NCBI GenBank assembly: GCA_964493715.1
Contig: CAZBPC010000002.1
Coordinates: 79,470 to 143,469, forward strand
Reading direction: 5' to 3'
DNA from: an uncultured archaeon
GTDB taxonomy: Archaea; Asgardarchaeota; Lokiarchaeia; Sigyniarchaeales; SOKP01
DNA: 64,000 bases
A model generated the notes under the pieces. The model saw nothing but the letters and a program-made list of their open reading frames with translations. It was not told the origin of the DNA and ran no database searches. A program made the translations under genes and the position numbers. Position 1 is the first letter of the stretch, and every line of letters starts with the position of its first letter. This document shows positions 63,840 through 64,000 of this stretch, in pieces.

Positions 63840-64000
63840 TTTTAAAAATCTCTTTTGTGAATTATACACAATATAAAATATAAAATTTGGTAATTTAAAT
63901 TAGTTCAGGATTTATCTCCCTAAATGATGATAATACAATGCTAAAAGACTGGTATAACGACTTTTTTATATATCAAATAAAAACGTTAAACGCTCACACC

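Noticed and set aside
63990-64000. acgctcacacc at the window edge is an inverted match to the tRNA-Val anticodon arm
   Set aside because: Only 11 nt and truncated by the edge. It could be chance or the end of a neighbouring RNA gene.
1-64000. CRISPR arrays, rRNA genes, IS transposases, integrases or inteins
   Set aside because: No regularly spaced repeats, rRNA-like segments, transposase or integrase motifs, or intein insertions were seen.

Overview
AT-rich archaeal chromosome segment, most consistent with an Asgard archaeon of Lokiarchaeia type (inference from archaeal housekeeping genes such as cdc48, fen1, nob1, eIF5A, srp54 and hef, alongside a Rab-like GTPase and roadblock- and longin-like proteins). 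It also carries a 2-oxoacid:ferredoxin oxidoreductase operon, sugar kinases and class II aldolases, purine and NAD genes, PiT/DUF47 and ABC transporters, tldD/E and two pseudogenes. Main finding: two protein-coding genes that look broken in the ORF track are each interrupted, inside a strongly conserved motif, by a 30-32 nt insert. These are a phosphofructokinase (5225-6411) and an alpha/beta hydrolase (39663-40319). Each insert folds with its flanks into a bulge-helix-bulge (BHB) motif, and cutting at the standard tRNA-splicing-endonuclease positions restores the frame and the motif exactly (GGG|DCPG and HPHPQ|YGGSM). A tRNA-Val(CAC) has a similar 30-nt intron in its T-loop. Two of the three intron hosts sit next to free-standing putative homing endonucleases and short duplication scars. 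Several genes also appear to start at ATA, ATT or ATC. All folding and alignment was done by eye; no database searches were run.
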